A DNA stretch of 64,000 nucleotides from Deltaproteobacteria bacterium (GCA_012517315.1 JAAYVE010000022.1:24689-88688), one strand, 5' to 3'. Shown: positions 29,799 to 39,224, counted from the stretch's first letter. Numbers and translations are program-made. The notes: generated by a model not told the origin, from the letters alone.

Positions 29799-30755
29799 AT
29801 GAACGAAACCCTGATCCATCGGCTCAAGAAACGCTACCCCATGCTTGAATACTTCACGGAGCGGCCGTTTGGAATCGAAATCGAAGGGTACGGGCTCCAA
29901 TATTATCTCCTTCCCCCAGACAACGGCATTGTCAAACCTTACAACATCCAATCTTGCGCGGGAGACGGGCGGCGGTTCGATGCACTTCTACGGGAGTTTG
30001 GCTTGAATCTCGGCTCCCGCAAGGATTCGTGGCACATCGAGGAGGACAGTTCCATCACCCACAGGGGTGCCTTTGAACTGATCAGCCCGATCCTATCAGG
30101 GATGGACGGGTTGGTCCAGGTTTACCGGTTCCTGGAGTTGCTCGGTCGCATAAAGGGTGTTGAAATCGATGAATCGTGCGGCTTCCACGTTCATCATGGA
30201 GTCGACGCGAAGACGTTCACCTGTCGGCAGCTCCAGGAACTGGTGCGCATTGTCTATTCCATGGAGGATTACTTCTATCTCCTGATCCCCGGCGATCGTC
30301 AAAACAATGCCACCTGCCGACCGGTGGAAGTCGACGTGAGAGCTTTCCTGGATCCGCAGCTTTGTGCCGCTGACCCGGAGACTTCCATCGAACAGATCAA
30401 GAAGCTCTGGTACTCCAGTGAAAATCGCTTCGAATGCGGGGAGGATGCGACCGGGAAGTACGACAAGACCCGCTACCACGGCCTCAACCTGCACTCCTAC
30501 TGGTATCGCTCAACCATAGAATTTCGCTACCATTCGGCGGTCCTGCACAATCGGGATGAAGCCATGCAATGGATCATCTTCACCCAGTTTCTCGTGGAAC
30601 TGAGCGAGGGGCGGATCCCCGAGGTTCTGTTCATGCCGGATGCCAACAAGTGGTTGAAGGCCATTTACAAGATCTACCTCGCCTTTGGGCATCTGGACCG
30701 GATGCGCAGGGTGACAGGGTACACACGGAAGAGTTCGGCCGTACTGAACAGGTGA
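29799..30755 (+). CDS. Amidoligase_2 family enzyme (GS/GCS2-fold carboxylate-amine ligase)
   Basis: Motif series FGIEIEG, WHIEEDSSI, FELISP, CGFHVHHG, TRYHGLNL, STIEFRYHS. Start at ATG 29799 (MNETLIHRL) with GGGAG RBS; ORF track start is 29631. Confidence 0.8.
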   Translation: MNETLIHRLKKRYPMLEYFTERPFGIEIEGYGLQYYLLPPDNGIVKPYNIQSCAGDGRRFDALLREFGLNLGSRKDSWHIEEDSSITHRGAFELISPILSGMDGLVQVYRFLELLGRIKGVEIDESCGFHVHHGVDAKTFTCRQLQELVRIVYSMEDYFYLLIPGDRQNNATCRPVEVDVRAFLDPQLCAADPETSIEQIKKLWYSSENRFECGEDATGKYDKTRYHGLNLHSYWYRSTIEFRYHSAVLHNRDEAMQWIIFTQFLVELSEGRIPEVLFMPDANKWLKAIYKIYLAFGHLDRMRRVTGYTRKSSAVLNR

Positions 30756-30808
30756 GGCGAGAGCAGTTTCGTCTGGCCTGCCTTTGAATGTCGATGGAGC
30801 GGAAAGGG

Positions 30809-31549
30809 ATGTGCGACCTGTTGGCCCTCTCTGCCAGCAACGACTATACCCCCCATGAATACCTGCCCATTTTCGCGGAAAAGGGCAAAGGGAATATGAA
30901 CGGGTGGGGGATTGGTTTTTTCCGTGACAATCGGGCATACGTGGAGAAATCCGCCGAACGGGTTTTCGCGGGGGAACAGGTTCACGAGAGCTTCCAGAGG
31001 CTCGCCAGGGTCATCGACAGCAGGATCATTGTGTCCCACATCAGTTGCTCCCTCAGCGGAGGCCGCCACAGCACCGACAACCATCCCTTTGTGCTGCCTT
31101 TTTTGGGGCACAGCTGGCTTTTCGTGCATGTGGGCGTCGTCGACGGGATTGCCGGATACGAAACCTCCGTTGAGCCCCGCGTCGAATCCGAGGCCTTTCC
31201 GGCAAGGATTTTTGAATATCTCAGGGACCGGATGGTTTCGGCCTTATCCCGCAACCCCTACCTGGGTCTCTACGATGCCCTGAGGAATGCGATCCAGGAA
31301 ATCAGCCGGGACTATCCGGGGAGGTATACTTTCTTCCTGGCCAACGAGTCGGTGCTGTTCGTCTTTTGCAATTATCATCCCATCATGTTGCTCAGGGAAT
31401 CGGAAACCAGCGGGGAAGTGCTGCTCGTCACCTCCGTCAAGGAGGGACTCAGTGCCAAGCAGTGGTTGTCCGTGGTGCCCGAGGAGCCCCACGTGGGCAA
31501 GCTGCTGGTCATTGCGGGGCCGGACGTGCTCTACAGGGGGGACGTGTGA
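30809..31549 (+). CDS. Class-II (Ntn) glutamine amidotransferase-like protein, YafJ-type, paralogue 1 (divergent active-site motifs)
   Basis: Starts MCDLLALS (Cys1 nucleophile), then NGWGIGFF and DNHPF, but has FVHVGVV in place of HNG. ORF track start is 30788. Confidence 0.8.
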   Translation: MCDLLALSASNDYTPHEYLPIFAEKGKGNMNGWGIGFFRDNRAYVEKSAERVFAGEQVHESFQRLARVIDSRIIVSHISCSLSGGRHSTDNHPFVLPFLGHSWLFVHVGVVDGIAGYETSVEPRVESEAFPARIFEYLRDRMVSALSRNPYLGLYDALRNAIQEISRDYPGRYTFFLANESVLFVFCNYHPIMLLRESETSGEVLLVTSVKEGLSAKQWLSVVPEEPHVGKLLVIAGPDVLYRGDV

Positions 31550-31735
31550 GAGACCGGCAACAACGAACGTCCCCAGGCCGAACGCGTCTTGTGCGTGAGA
31601 GCCGGGCGACGCGCCTGGGTTTCGCGCGCCATGACCCTTGCCCGCACGACTCCGTAGGGCGGTTTTCCCGAGCGATCCAAGAGGAGGCGGCCGGTTGCAG
31701 GGAAGCCACCCTGGCCGTCACCTGCCTGAGACGAC

Positions 31736-32482
31736 ATGTGTGATCTATTCGCCCTCTCTGCGGGGAGGCAGTATTCCGCCCCCGAGGCGCTCACGGTGTT
31801 TGCCGAGAGAGCCAAGAAGAACATGGATGGATGGGGGATCGGCTACTTCAGGAAAGACCGGGCCTGCGTGGAGAAGTCCTTTGAGCAAGCCTATGCGGAT
31901 GGCCGGATTCACGACAGTTTTGCGCGCCTGTCGCGGGTGGTCAACAGCCGGCTGATCATCGCCCATGTTCGATTTCGTACCAGCGGTTTCATCGACGAGT
32001 GCCATGCCCATCCTTTCATCCTTCACTTCGCGGGGAGAGACTGGCTCTTCGCTCACAACGGCAAGGCGCCCGGCATCGAAACTTATCTGGCACGGGGGGA
32101 TGGGATCCAATGCGCCTTCAGCGACTCGGCGAGAACGTTCGAATTCCTTCGGGACCAACTCATGACCGACTACGTGCCCTTAGGGACGAAAGCCAGCCTG
32201 TTGGACGCACTCCTTTCCGCCACTTCCCGCCTCGTGGAGGAGTATCCGGGGAGCTACAATTATCTCCTTTCCAACGGGACAGTTCTTTTTGCGTTCAGCA
32301 ACCACAGACAGTTCATGATACTCAGGGGGGATGAACGAAACGGCGGGGCACTCCTGCTCACGACGGTGGAAAAAGGTCTGAGCAATGGAAATTGGGTCAG
32401 AATAGCCCGGAGCACTTCGTCCCGGGGTGTGCTCCTGGCTGTTGCGGGGGGGGACCTCGTGATGCAGCGGAGCCTTCTGTGA
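31736..32482 (+). CDS. Class-II (Ntn) glutamine amidotransferase-like protein, YafJ-type, paralogue 2
   Basis: MCDLFALS, DGWGIGYF, AHVRFRTSG, HPF, FAHNGKA. Clear paralogue of the preceding gene. Confidence 0.85.
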   Translation: MCDLFALSAGRQYSAPEALTVFAERAKKNMDGWGIGYFRKDRACVEKSFEQAYADGRIHDSFARLSRVVNSRLIIAHVRFRTSGFIDECHAHPFILHFAGRDWLFAHNGKAPGIETYLARGDGIQCAFSDSARTFEFLRDQLMTDYVPLGTKASLLDALLSATSRLVEEYPGSYNYLLSNGTVLFAFSNHRQFMILRGDERNGGALLLTTVEKGLSNGNWVRIARSTSSRGVLLAVAGGDLVMQRSLL

Positions 32483-32597
32483 GAGATCCCTCTAGGGAAG
32501 TGCAGAGTCTTCGCAAACCCACCCGTGTCGGAGTGGGAGGTAAAGTCGTTGAGTCCATGACGCAGTTGGCTGCGCGAAGCGATCGGTGGTTGCATCG

Positions 32598-33017
32598 TTA
32601 CCGAGAACGTTTTCTTGGCTGCCTCCTTTTGATGGGGTGCTTGTCTGCCAGGATATGCCGCACCATTGTGAGCACTTCCCATTCCGGGTAGGGTTCCAGG
32701 ATGCCGCCGTAAGCTCCCTGCTCGATGGCCTGTTTGATCAGGTCCCGGTTTGCCTGGTCGCAGAGCAGGATGATGCGGCATGCAGGGCATGCGGCTTTCA
32801 TTTTTGTGTAAAGGGAGGCTCCGTGAATGCGAAGCGTCTCCACATCCACGAAAACGATCGCATCGCTTCGCCCTTTGAGAAATTGGTACATCTCTTCCGG
32901 AACTGCCATGATGATGGGCGGGATATCGTTTCTGCGCAGAAGGTTTCCAAGATGATTGCGAATTCCCTCCTCGGAGACCAGCACAAGCAGGGCCGTTTGT
33001 TCGCCTGGTGCGTTCAT
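32598..33017 (-). CDS. Stand-alone receiver (CheY-like) domain protein with atypical active-site residues
   Basis: 140 aa from ATG 33017. LLVLVSEEG, DAIVFVDVE (Asp present), RIILLCD, GGILEPY (Lys position is Glu). ORF track start is TTG 33194. Confidence 0.6.
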   Translation of the reverse strand: MNAPGEQTALLVLVSEEGIRNHLGNLLRRNDIPPIIMAVPEEMYQFLKGRSDAIVFVDVETLRIHGASLYTKMKAACPACRIILLCDQANRDLIKQAIEQGAYGGILEPYPEWEVLTMVRHILADKHPIKRRQPRKRSR

Positions 33018-33190
33018 CTTGTGTCGACTCCTGACTCCTCTGATCAATGAGGCGATGCCCTGCTCCAAATTGACCTTGGGTGTTGGAAACACCACACCGA
33101 TGCAAACCTTCACTTGAATGATTGGGCACCTCTGCGGCACGAATCTTTCGTTCCTGCTCCAGAATCCCCTCGTTGCCAAAACTTTTTCCC

Positions 33191-34396
33191 TCAAAGTTTG
33201 GCGTGTTGCTCCAGCTGGCTCTTGAACCGGTCCATGAATTCCATACGGAATGGTTCAATTTCCAGCGCCTCTTCGGGTTTTCCGGAGAGATAGAGGGTCA
33301 TGCCCTTGTAAACCAGGGCCTCCGGCATGCCGGGTTTGATCGCCAAAGCCTCTTCGAGGAATCGCAGGCTTTCCAGGTAGTTGCCGAGTCCCATGAGTGC
33401 GTAACCCTTGCCGACTTTGAGATAGGCATCCCTGTCGGGATGGGAGATGCGTTGTTCGAGTTGCTCAAATGTATCCAAGGCCTCATGGAAACGCCCGAGG
33501 TCATTGAGGCAGAGGCCCTTAAGCTTCAGTGCCTCCAAGTCCGGTGAAGGCAGGGCCATCTCCTTGTCACAGCAGTAGACCGCTTCCTCCAGGAGCCCTC
33601 TCTGTACGAGGCCCCTTGCCCCATCCATCCATCGAATCTGTTTTTCCACCCCGAGGAGTTTCAACATGACCCCTTCATAGGTTTCCTCGATGACCCGCCG
33701 CCCAAAATTGAAGACCGGAGCACCATGTCCCGGCCAGACGTTTTCGACGTCCTTTTTCAGAAGCGCCTTGAGGCTATACAGATAATGCTGGATTTCTCCC
33801 CCGGCACTCTTGTCCGCTTCGGCCATGGAATGGGGCAGCACGGTGTCACCGGTGATGACGGTCTTGGACGGAGCATGGTAGAAGCAGATGGAATCGATGG
33901 TGTGACCGGGGGTGTGGATGATCTCCCACTCAAAACCGCTCAATTCAATGACTTCTCCACCCGTTACCTCCCGCACCCGGCAACCCAGCTGGCGAACGAT
34001 GTCCTTCATTTCCTGAGGAGCGGCTTCGTGGGCGATCAATTCAAATCCACCGGCCTCCGCCACAGCCGGATATGCCCGCAGCAACTCGAAGGCTCCCATC
34101 ACATGATCCCGGTGGCCGTGCGTCACAGCGATCTTGCGGATCCTGGAGAGATCGATTCCCTGCCGATGCAGGTCTGTGAAGGCGGTGTAATCGTTGGCGG
34201 GATCCACGAGGGTCATGGACGGGCCATCCAGGAGGTAGATATTGGATGAAAAGTCGTAGCCTTGCAAAAAGCGGACACTACGGAACAGGGGGTCATGGCT
34301 GTTTAGAATTTCTCCGAGAACCTGCCAACCGGGGTGTTTGGTTTCCTCCTCCTGCTCAAGACCTGGTTCTTGCCCCAATTCTTCCATTCGGTGCAT
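33191..34396 (-). CDS. MBL-fold metallo-hydrolase fused to C-terminal TPR repeats
   Basis: VTHGHRDHVMG, HTPGHT, then TPR-like LGRFHEALDTFEQ / GNYLESLRFLEEALAIKP. Start at ATG 34396 with GGGAGA RBS; ORF track start is 34480. Confidence 0.8.
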   Translation of the reverse strand: MHRMEELGQEPGLEQEEETKHPGWQVLGEILNSHDPLFRSVRFLQGYDFSSNIYLLDGPSMTLVDPANDYTAFTDLHRQGIDLSRIRKIAVTHGHRDHVMGAFELLRAYPAVAEAGGFELIAHEAAPQEMKDIVRQLGCRVREVTGGEVIELSGFEWEIIHTPGHTIDSICFYHAPSKTVITGDTVLPHSMAEADKSAGGEIQHYLYSLKALLKKDVENVWPGHGAPVFNFGRRVIEETYEGVMLKLLGVEKQIRWMDGARGLVQRGLLEEAVYCCDKEMALPSPDLEALKLKGLCLNDLGRFHEALDTFEQLEQRISHPDRDAYLKVGKGYALMGLGNYLESLRFLEEALAIKPGMPEALVYKGMTLYLSGKPEEALEIEPFRMEFMDRFKSQLEQHAKL

Positions 34397-34775
34397 TTCC
34401 GTCTCCCTGCTCCCATGATCCACATCATCTCTACGGCTTCCATCCTTGGCTTTGTGAGAACCGATCCCCGTGGAGGTCAAGTGGGTGTGGCGGGGAACCG
34501 CACTTCATGTCCCCCCCGAGCCTTCCCGGCAAATTCGGCTTTCCTGGCTGAATCATGTTTCCGAATCGCAAGTCAGGGCAAAATCGGTTCATTCGTATCT
34601 TATCGCGTGAAAGGATGAAGGCAAGCCCCCGTTGCGCCAGCGGGAAGGCACAGGGGACCTTGGTCGAGGCTTCCTTGCTGCATTCCATCGCCCCGGCGTC
34701 CCGGAGACGCTGCCTCCGGGCACCGGGCCGTTGAAAGCGATGGAAATGTGTTGCGATCTCGGCTTCCGCCTAAGG

Positions 34776-35198
34776 TCATGGGGCGATATAGGCCAGTTTG
34801 TAGCTGAGTTTCATTTTCTCCGCAGGCCAGAATTTGACGCTCATGCGCTCCTCGCCCGGCCAGACATCCTTGCCGCCCACTTTCTCGATGAGCAATTCGA
34901 TAAAGTGGAATTCCGTGAGTTCATACTTGGTGATGGCCTCCGGGGGAATGACCACGGCCAACCCGGACTCCTTGGACACGTTCCATTCGAAGTGCTCGTT
35001 GGGTTCGTGTGTCTTGACTCCATCACCGTTGTAGACCGCCAGCAGTTTTCCCGAAACGGTCTTGCCCCGAAGGGGTCTTTCTGCCTCCCAGATCTCGTCC
35101 GGCAGGTGCCACCAAAGGGCTCTGAACCCCGTCTTGACGTACCCCCGTACAAGCATGGGGTCGAATCCGCAAACACCTACACGACATTTTTCAGGCAT
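34776..35198 (-). CDS. Hypothetical protein (140 aa), last gene of CoA-transferase operon
   Basis: ATG 35198 with AGGAGG RBS 7 nt upstream (MPEKCRVGVCGF...). No family recognised. Confidence 0.6.
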   Translation of the reverse strand: MPEKCRVGVCGFDPMLVRGYVKTGFRALWWHLPDEIWEAERPLRGKTVSGKLLAVYNGDGVKTHEPNEHFEWNVSKESGLAVVIPPEAITKYELTEFHFIELLIEKVGGKDVWPGEERMSVKFWPAEKMKLSYKLAYIAP

Positions 35199-35268
35199 GC
35201 TCACCCTCCTGACTGACAGGATCACCGAGGACCGGGCAGAGAGCAGATCGGTCCACCAGGCCGATCGC

Positions 35269-35565
35269 CTATCCTTTGTCCACGATCCTGAGCCATGAAT
35301 GTTCCAATTCCTCAAGTGCGTTCTGGAGTTCTTCCACCTGAAGGTAGCATGAACCCAGAAAGTCGCTCACCTCCGCCTCATTGAGATATTTGTTCTCAAA
35401 AAGCCTTCTGACGTAGGGGACCACATAGCTGGTGACCTCTTCCCGGAACTCCTCCACCAGAAACTCGCCCCCCCCGTCGAGAGGCGCATCGCGCAGATAC
35501 GCCTCCTTCCAGCGGATCACCATTGTCTTGATTGCCGTCAGTTCATTGATGACCAGATCTTCCAT
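35269..35565 (-). CDS. Hypothetical acidic protein (98 aa)
   Basis: ORF packed 4 nt after the preceding gene. Helical, acidic composition and no motif recognised. Confidence 0.6.
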   Translation of the reverse strand: MEDLVINELTAIKTMVIRWKEAYLRDAPLDGGGEFLVEEFREEVTSYVVPYVRRLFENKYLNEAEVSDFLGSCYLQVEELQNALEELEHSWLRIVDKG

Positions 35566-35569
35566 GGCG

Positions 35570-35800
35570 CTATTTCTTCTTAGCCTCGAAGGCGAAGCAC
35601 TTCTTCACCACGTTGAAATCGGCCACGGACCAATAATGGGGCCAGTGGATCTTCTTGCACCAGCCGATAATGTCCGCGGGAGGGAATTGGGACCCCTTCA
35701 GCACCGGTTTGAGGTGCCTGCACTGCCAGCAGATATGATCGCTCTGCTTTTCCGGAATGAGTACGGTATCCAGGAATTCTTCAGGGGATAGCTGTGCCAT
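35570..35800 (-). CDS. Hypothetical small Cys/Trp-rich protein (76 aa)
   Basis: Contains HICWQC (CxxC), plus WC and KC. Lies 18 nt after the preceding gene. Confidence 0.6.
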   Translation of the reverse strand: MAQLSPEEFLDTVLIPEKQSDHICWQCRHLKPVLKGSQFPPADIIGWCKKIHWPHYWSVADFNVVKKCFAFEAKKK

Positions 35801-35818
35801 GCAACACTCCTTTCCTGC

Positions 35819-36304
35819 TCACCATTCCTTGACTTCGCCCTTTTTGATCTTCTCCTGATATTCGGCCCACACGTCGGGGGAGAGCTTCTGGACGTCCCAG
35901 TTGAAGCCGAAGCTCCCGGCGATGCCGGCTGACGGGGGCTGCGGACGCCAACCCCTGACAAGCTTTCCTCGGGCGCTGTATTTCACCATGTCGGCACGGC
36001 CCAGGTAGATGTGCCTGGGGAGGCAATGATAAGGCCTGGTCCTGCCCTCGATGCCCGGGATGTAGCAGTCGTAACCGTCGAGGGGCTTGTCCGCGACCAG
36101 GGGGCTGGTGTCGGGCTTCTCCCCAGGTCTCTCCTCCGGGCCTATGTACATGTGGCCCTGGATCATGTGGATGTAGTAAACCGTTCCACATTCGGCGCAG
36201 TTCACCTTCCCTTCCCAGTTCCAAAAGCAGTAAGGGTCAAGGTAGTTCACCGTGTTGCAGGGTTTACCGTCCTTCTCTTTCTTGCACCAAATGATATCGC
36301 ACAC
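35819..36304 (-). CDS. Hypothetical Cys-rich protein (about 162 aa)
   Basis: GTG 36304 preceded by GAAGGAGGA, which avoids overlap with the upstream stop at 36322; the longest ORF start is 36346. Cys pattern CDIIWC...PC...YC...NCAEC...DC...HC. Confidence 0.6.
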   Translation of the reverse strand: MCDIIWCKKEKDGKPCNTVNYLDPYCFWNWEGKVNCAECGTVYYIHMIQGHMYIGPEERPGEKPDTSPLVADKPLDGYDCYIPGIEGRTRPYHCLPRHIYLGRADMVKYSARGKLVRGWRPQPPSAGIAGSFGFNWDVQKLSPDVWAEYQEKIKKGEVKEW

Positions 36305-36321
36305 AGTGCATCCTCCTTCTC

Positions 36322-37737
36322 TTAGATCATGCTCTTGGCATACCATTCTTCGATTTTGGCCGTGGGATAGCCGAGCAGTTCATGGTAGATCTTCACGTTG
36401 TCGGCGCCCACCGGTCTCCAGATCCAGTAGAGCCTGCGTGGGGTCTTGGACATGAGGCCCGCTGAATACGTGCCGTGCTGGAGAATGTCGCCGAAGAGAG
36501 GATCCTCGGTCCACCGGACGGTTCCGCGCTGGCGGTAATGCTCACATTCGTAGACTTCCCTGTCGTTCATGACCGGCTCGGCCAAGAGGCCGGCATCCTG
36601 GAGGATCTTGACGACTTCCGAACGGCTCTTGTCGGCGGCCCAGCGCTCGAGCGCCGCGTAGATCTCCACCTGGGCTTCCCCTTCCACCCGGTCCTTGTGT
36701 GCTTTGTATTTTTCGTAGAGCTCCTTCATCCCCGTGATGGCGCAGAGTTCTTGGAAGTCCCTGTCCTGGAAGGCGCTCACCATGGCATACCTGGCTTCGA
36801 ACTTGTCCTGAGGATTCACCGCGTCGGGAAAATCGGACTTTCCGCACAGGATGATCCCGTGGACGCACAGCTGGGTGTCCCAGTTGCCCCAACGCTGGCG
36901 CACGATTCCAAAACGGCCGTAGAGGGGTGCTGCATACCCTAGGCATCGTGTAGCCGCCTGCACCTGGGAGAACTCGATCATGGTCCCGAGCCCGGTCTTC
37001 CGTCTCCAGTGAATGGCCGCCAGGATCCCGAAGGTGATCTGGGTCCCTGAATACCAGTCGATGCACCAGTTGGAATGCTTGGTGGCGTGGCCCCCCATGA
37101 ACTCATGCATGCCGGTGACCGATGCGAGTCCGGCATGAGCTTGGCCGAGAATGTCGTAGGAACCGCCGAACACCTTGGGCCCATACCCGAAACCGCCGCC
37201 CCAGACGTAGATGAACCGGGGGTTCATTTCCTGCAGGAACCGATAGCTTTGCTTCCACCGATCGAAAGTCCCGGGGCGGTAACACTCCGTCAACCCGTCG
37301 GACATTTTCACCAGGCGGTAGAAGGCTTCCTTCATCTCGTCCAGGTGATAGTCCATGGTGATGTGGTACTCGTTGGGGTTGGCGTTGAGGTAACCGTAGC
37401 CGGTGCCGGTCATGGGCCGGGTGTCGTGGAGGGGATAAAGGTAACACTCATTGAACGGGGAAGTGTGCCGCATGGGGTCCCCCATCCTAGGCATCTCCAC
37501 CTTGATGACTTCCGCTCCCAGTTCCGCCAGGTTGGAAACCGAGTGCGGGGTGAAAATATACATGGTGGTGCTCAACCAGCGGATGCCCTTCAGAGCCATG
37601 GGCTTGCAGAACTCATTGCCCGGGTCGAATGCCTTGCGGCAATACTCCTCATAGGGCATCTTCATTTCCTCGAGCTCTTCCTTGCTCTGCGGGCCGGGCA
37701 AATCCTCCAGCCTGGTGACTCTCAAATCCTTTGCCAT
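36322..37737 (-). CDS. Family III CoA-transferase (CaiB/BaiF/Frc-like), subunit 2
   Basis: MAKDLRV... with [45 protein letters not shown] 37737 overlaps the upstream TAA by 1 nt (TAATG). The track ORF to 38247 is an out-of-context extension. Confidence 0.85.
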   Translation of the reverse strand: MAKDLRVTRLEDLPGPQSKEELEEMKMPYEEYCRKAFDPGNEFCKPMALKGIRWLSTTMYIFTPHSVSNLAELGAEVIKVEMPRMGDPMRHTSPFNECYLYPLHDTRPMTGTGYGYLNANPNEYHITMDYHLDEMKEAFYRLVKMSDGLTECYRPGTFDRWKQSYRFLQEMNPRFIYVWGGGFGYGPKVFGGSYDILGQAHAGLASVTGMHEFMGGHATKHSNWCIDWYSGTQITFGILAAIHWRRKTGLGTMIEFSQVQAATRCLGYAAPLYGRFGIVRQRWGNWDTQLCVHGIILCGKSDFPDAVNPQDKFEARYAMVSAFQDRDFQELCAITGMKELYEKYKAHKDRVEGEAQVEIYAALERWAADKSRSEVVKILQDAGLLAEPVMNDREVYECEHYRQRGTVRWTEDPLFGDILQHGTYSAGLMSKTPRRLYWIWRPVGADNVKIYHELLGYPTAKIEEWYAKSMI

Positions 37738-39224
37738 TAGATTACCCCCTTTTCCTTGAGTGCATTGACATCGGTTTGACCCATCCCAAGATACTTCAGG
37801 TACATCTCGTAGTTGTCTTTGCCGAGAGGCCTGCCCAGCCATTTGACGCGGTGGGGCGTCCGATACTGGAAGGAATTGGGCGACGCCGAGTAGAGGATGG
37901 TCCCATACTGGTCGCTGTCGATGGTGTACACCCAAGGTCGATATTTGAAGTGCGGGAATTCCGCCACTTCGTCGATGAACAGAATGGGCCCGGCGGCGAT
38001 TTCGTACTCCAGGAGCTTTTGCTCCGCCTCCACCCGGTTGATGTCCCTGAGCCAGCGGGTCGTGAGGGTATAGGTCTTGATGAGGGCCTGGAGGGCGTTT
38101 CTCGCAGCCATTTCCTTGAGGAGGGGATCCTCGTGGATGAGTCGGCCGAACTGTGGGAAATCCCTCTCGATGCACATGCCGATACGGTACCACAGGCGGT
38201 CTGTCTGGCCGCCGATCATCATGTAGCCGTCTTTGCAGGGGTTCCATTCATACTGGTTCAGGTTGGGGTCCCAGGCCCCCGTCCTTGCCTTGATGCTCTT
38301 GTTGAACCCGTACCAGCCGATGTCGAAGTCCAGGATGTCCATCTGGGTTTCGGCACCGGTCACCTCGATGAGCTGTCCCTCACCGCTGAACTGGTCCCTC
38401 CAGTAGAGGGCGGCCAGAATGCTGCAGGCACCCTGTTCACCGGCGACATAGTCGGCGAACCAGACGCCGGAACGGGTGGGGTCCCCGCCCTTTCCGCGGG
38501 GGAGCTGATCCTGAGGAAAGCCCGTGTTGTGGACGAAGGAATTGGCGCAGCCCCCGAATGGTTCCAGGGTCCACTGGCCGAATTTGGAGAGTTTGTCCTT
38601 GTAAGGACCCCAAGTGCCCCGCACCGCGATTTGGCAGTATACGAGACCTGGATTGAGCTTGGAGAGCTGCCGGTAGCCGACTCCCAGGCTGTCCATGTAG
38701 CCCGGGGGATACTCTTCGATAATGGCGTCGGCGTGGGTGGCCAGCTTCTTGTACAATTCCCTGCCCTCTTCCGTCTCGATATTGAGGGTGATGGAGTAGG
38801 CGTTGCGCAACTCATGAATGAAGTCCAAACCGGTCTTGGTCCCCGTGTCCCGGTCGGCCAGCATGTATTCTTCCCGTCCGAAAGGGGTGAGTTTTCGCAA
38901 GGGGTCCCCTTCGGGGGGTTCGATGTTGATGACCTCGGCCCCGGCCTCCCCCAGAAGGCCCGCGCAGAACTTGTTGCCCATCCTCCAGAGTCCCATGCAC
39001 AGGACTCTGAACCCCTGGAGGGCTTCCGGCTTCCCGAAGCCGTATTCGAACCTGAGGTTGTCCTCACACCATTTTCCGAAGTCCGTGGCCTTGCGCCGTG
39101 CATAGACAGCCGCCACCTCCTCCGGTGAGGGAGGCGGTGTCACAGGCCATGGGCGTACCTCCGGACCCATCAAGGGCAGCGTGTCCGCAAGGCTGTTGAT
39201 TTCGATATCTCTCTTTTCTGCCAT
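37737..39224 (-). CDS. Family III CoA-transferase (CaiB/BaiF/Frc-like), subunit 1
   Basis: [10 protein letters not shown]...[57 protein letters not shown]. Start at ATG 39224 (MAEKRD) with GGGAGG RBS; ORF track start is 39278. Confidence 0.85.
   Translation of the reverse strand: MAEKRDIEINSLADTLPLMGPEVRPWPVTPPPSPEEVAAVYARRKATDFGKWCEDNLRFEYGFGKPEALQGFRVLCMGLWRMGNKFCAGLLGEAGAEVINIEPPEGDPLRKLTPFGREEYMLADRDTGTKTGLDFIHELRNAYSITLNIETEEGRELYKKLATHADAIIEEYPPGYMDSLGVGYRQLSKLNPGLVYCQIAVRGTWGPYKDKLSKFGQWTLEPFGGCANSFVHNTGFPQDQLPRGKGGDPTRSGVWFADYVAGEQGACSILAALYWRDQFSGEGQLIEVTGAETQMDILDFDIGWYGFNKSIKARTGAWDPNLNQYEWNPCKDGYMMIGGQTDRLWYRIGMCIERDFPQFGRLIHEDPLLKEMAARNALQALIKTYTLTTRWLRDINRVEAEQKLLEYEIAAGPILFIDEVAEFPHFKYRPWVYTIDSDQYGTILYSASPNSFQYRTPHRVKWLGRPLGKDNYEMYLKYLGMGQTDVNALKEKGVI

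Noticed and set aside
37731-39128. 465-aa plus-strand ORF opposite the CoA-transferase gene. Similar long antisense ORFs occur at 9035..10009, 19093..20145, 46023..47423, 53208..54359, 60092..61273 and 62025..62987
   Set aside because: Each lies fully antisense to a CDS with clear family motifs and shows low-complexity, stop-free GC-rich translation. None has a recognisable motif or RBS.
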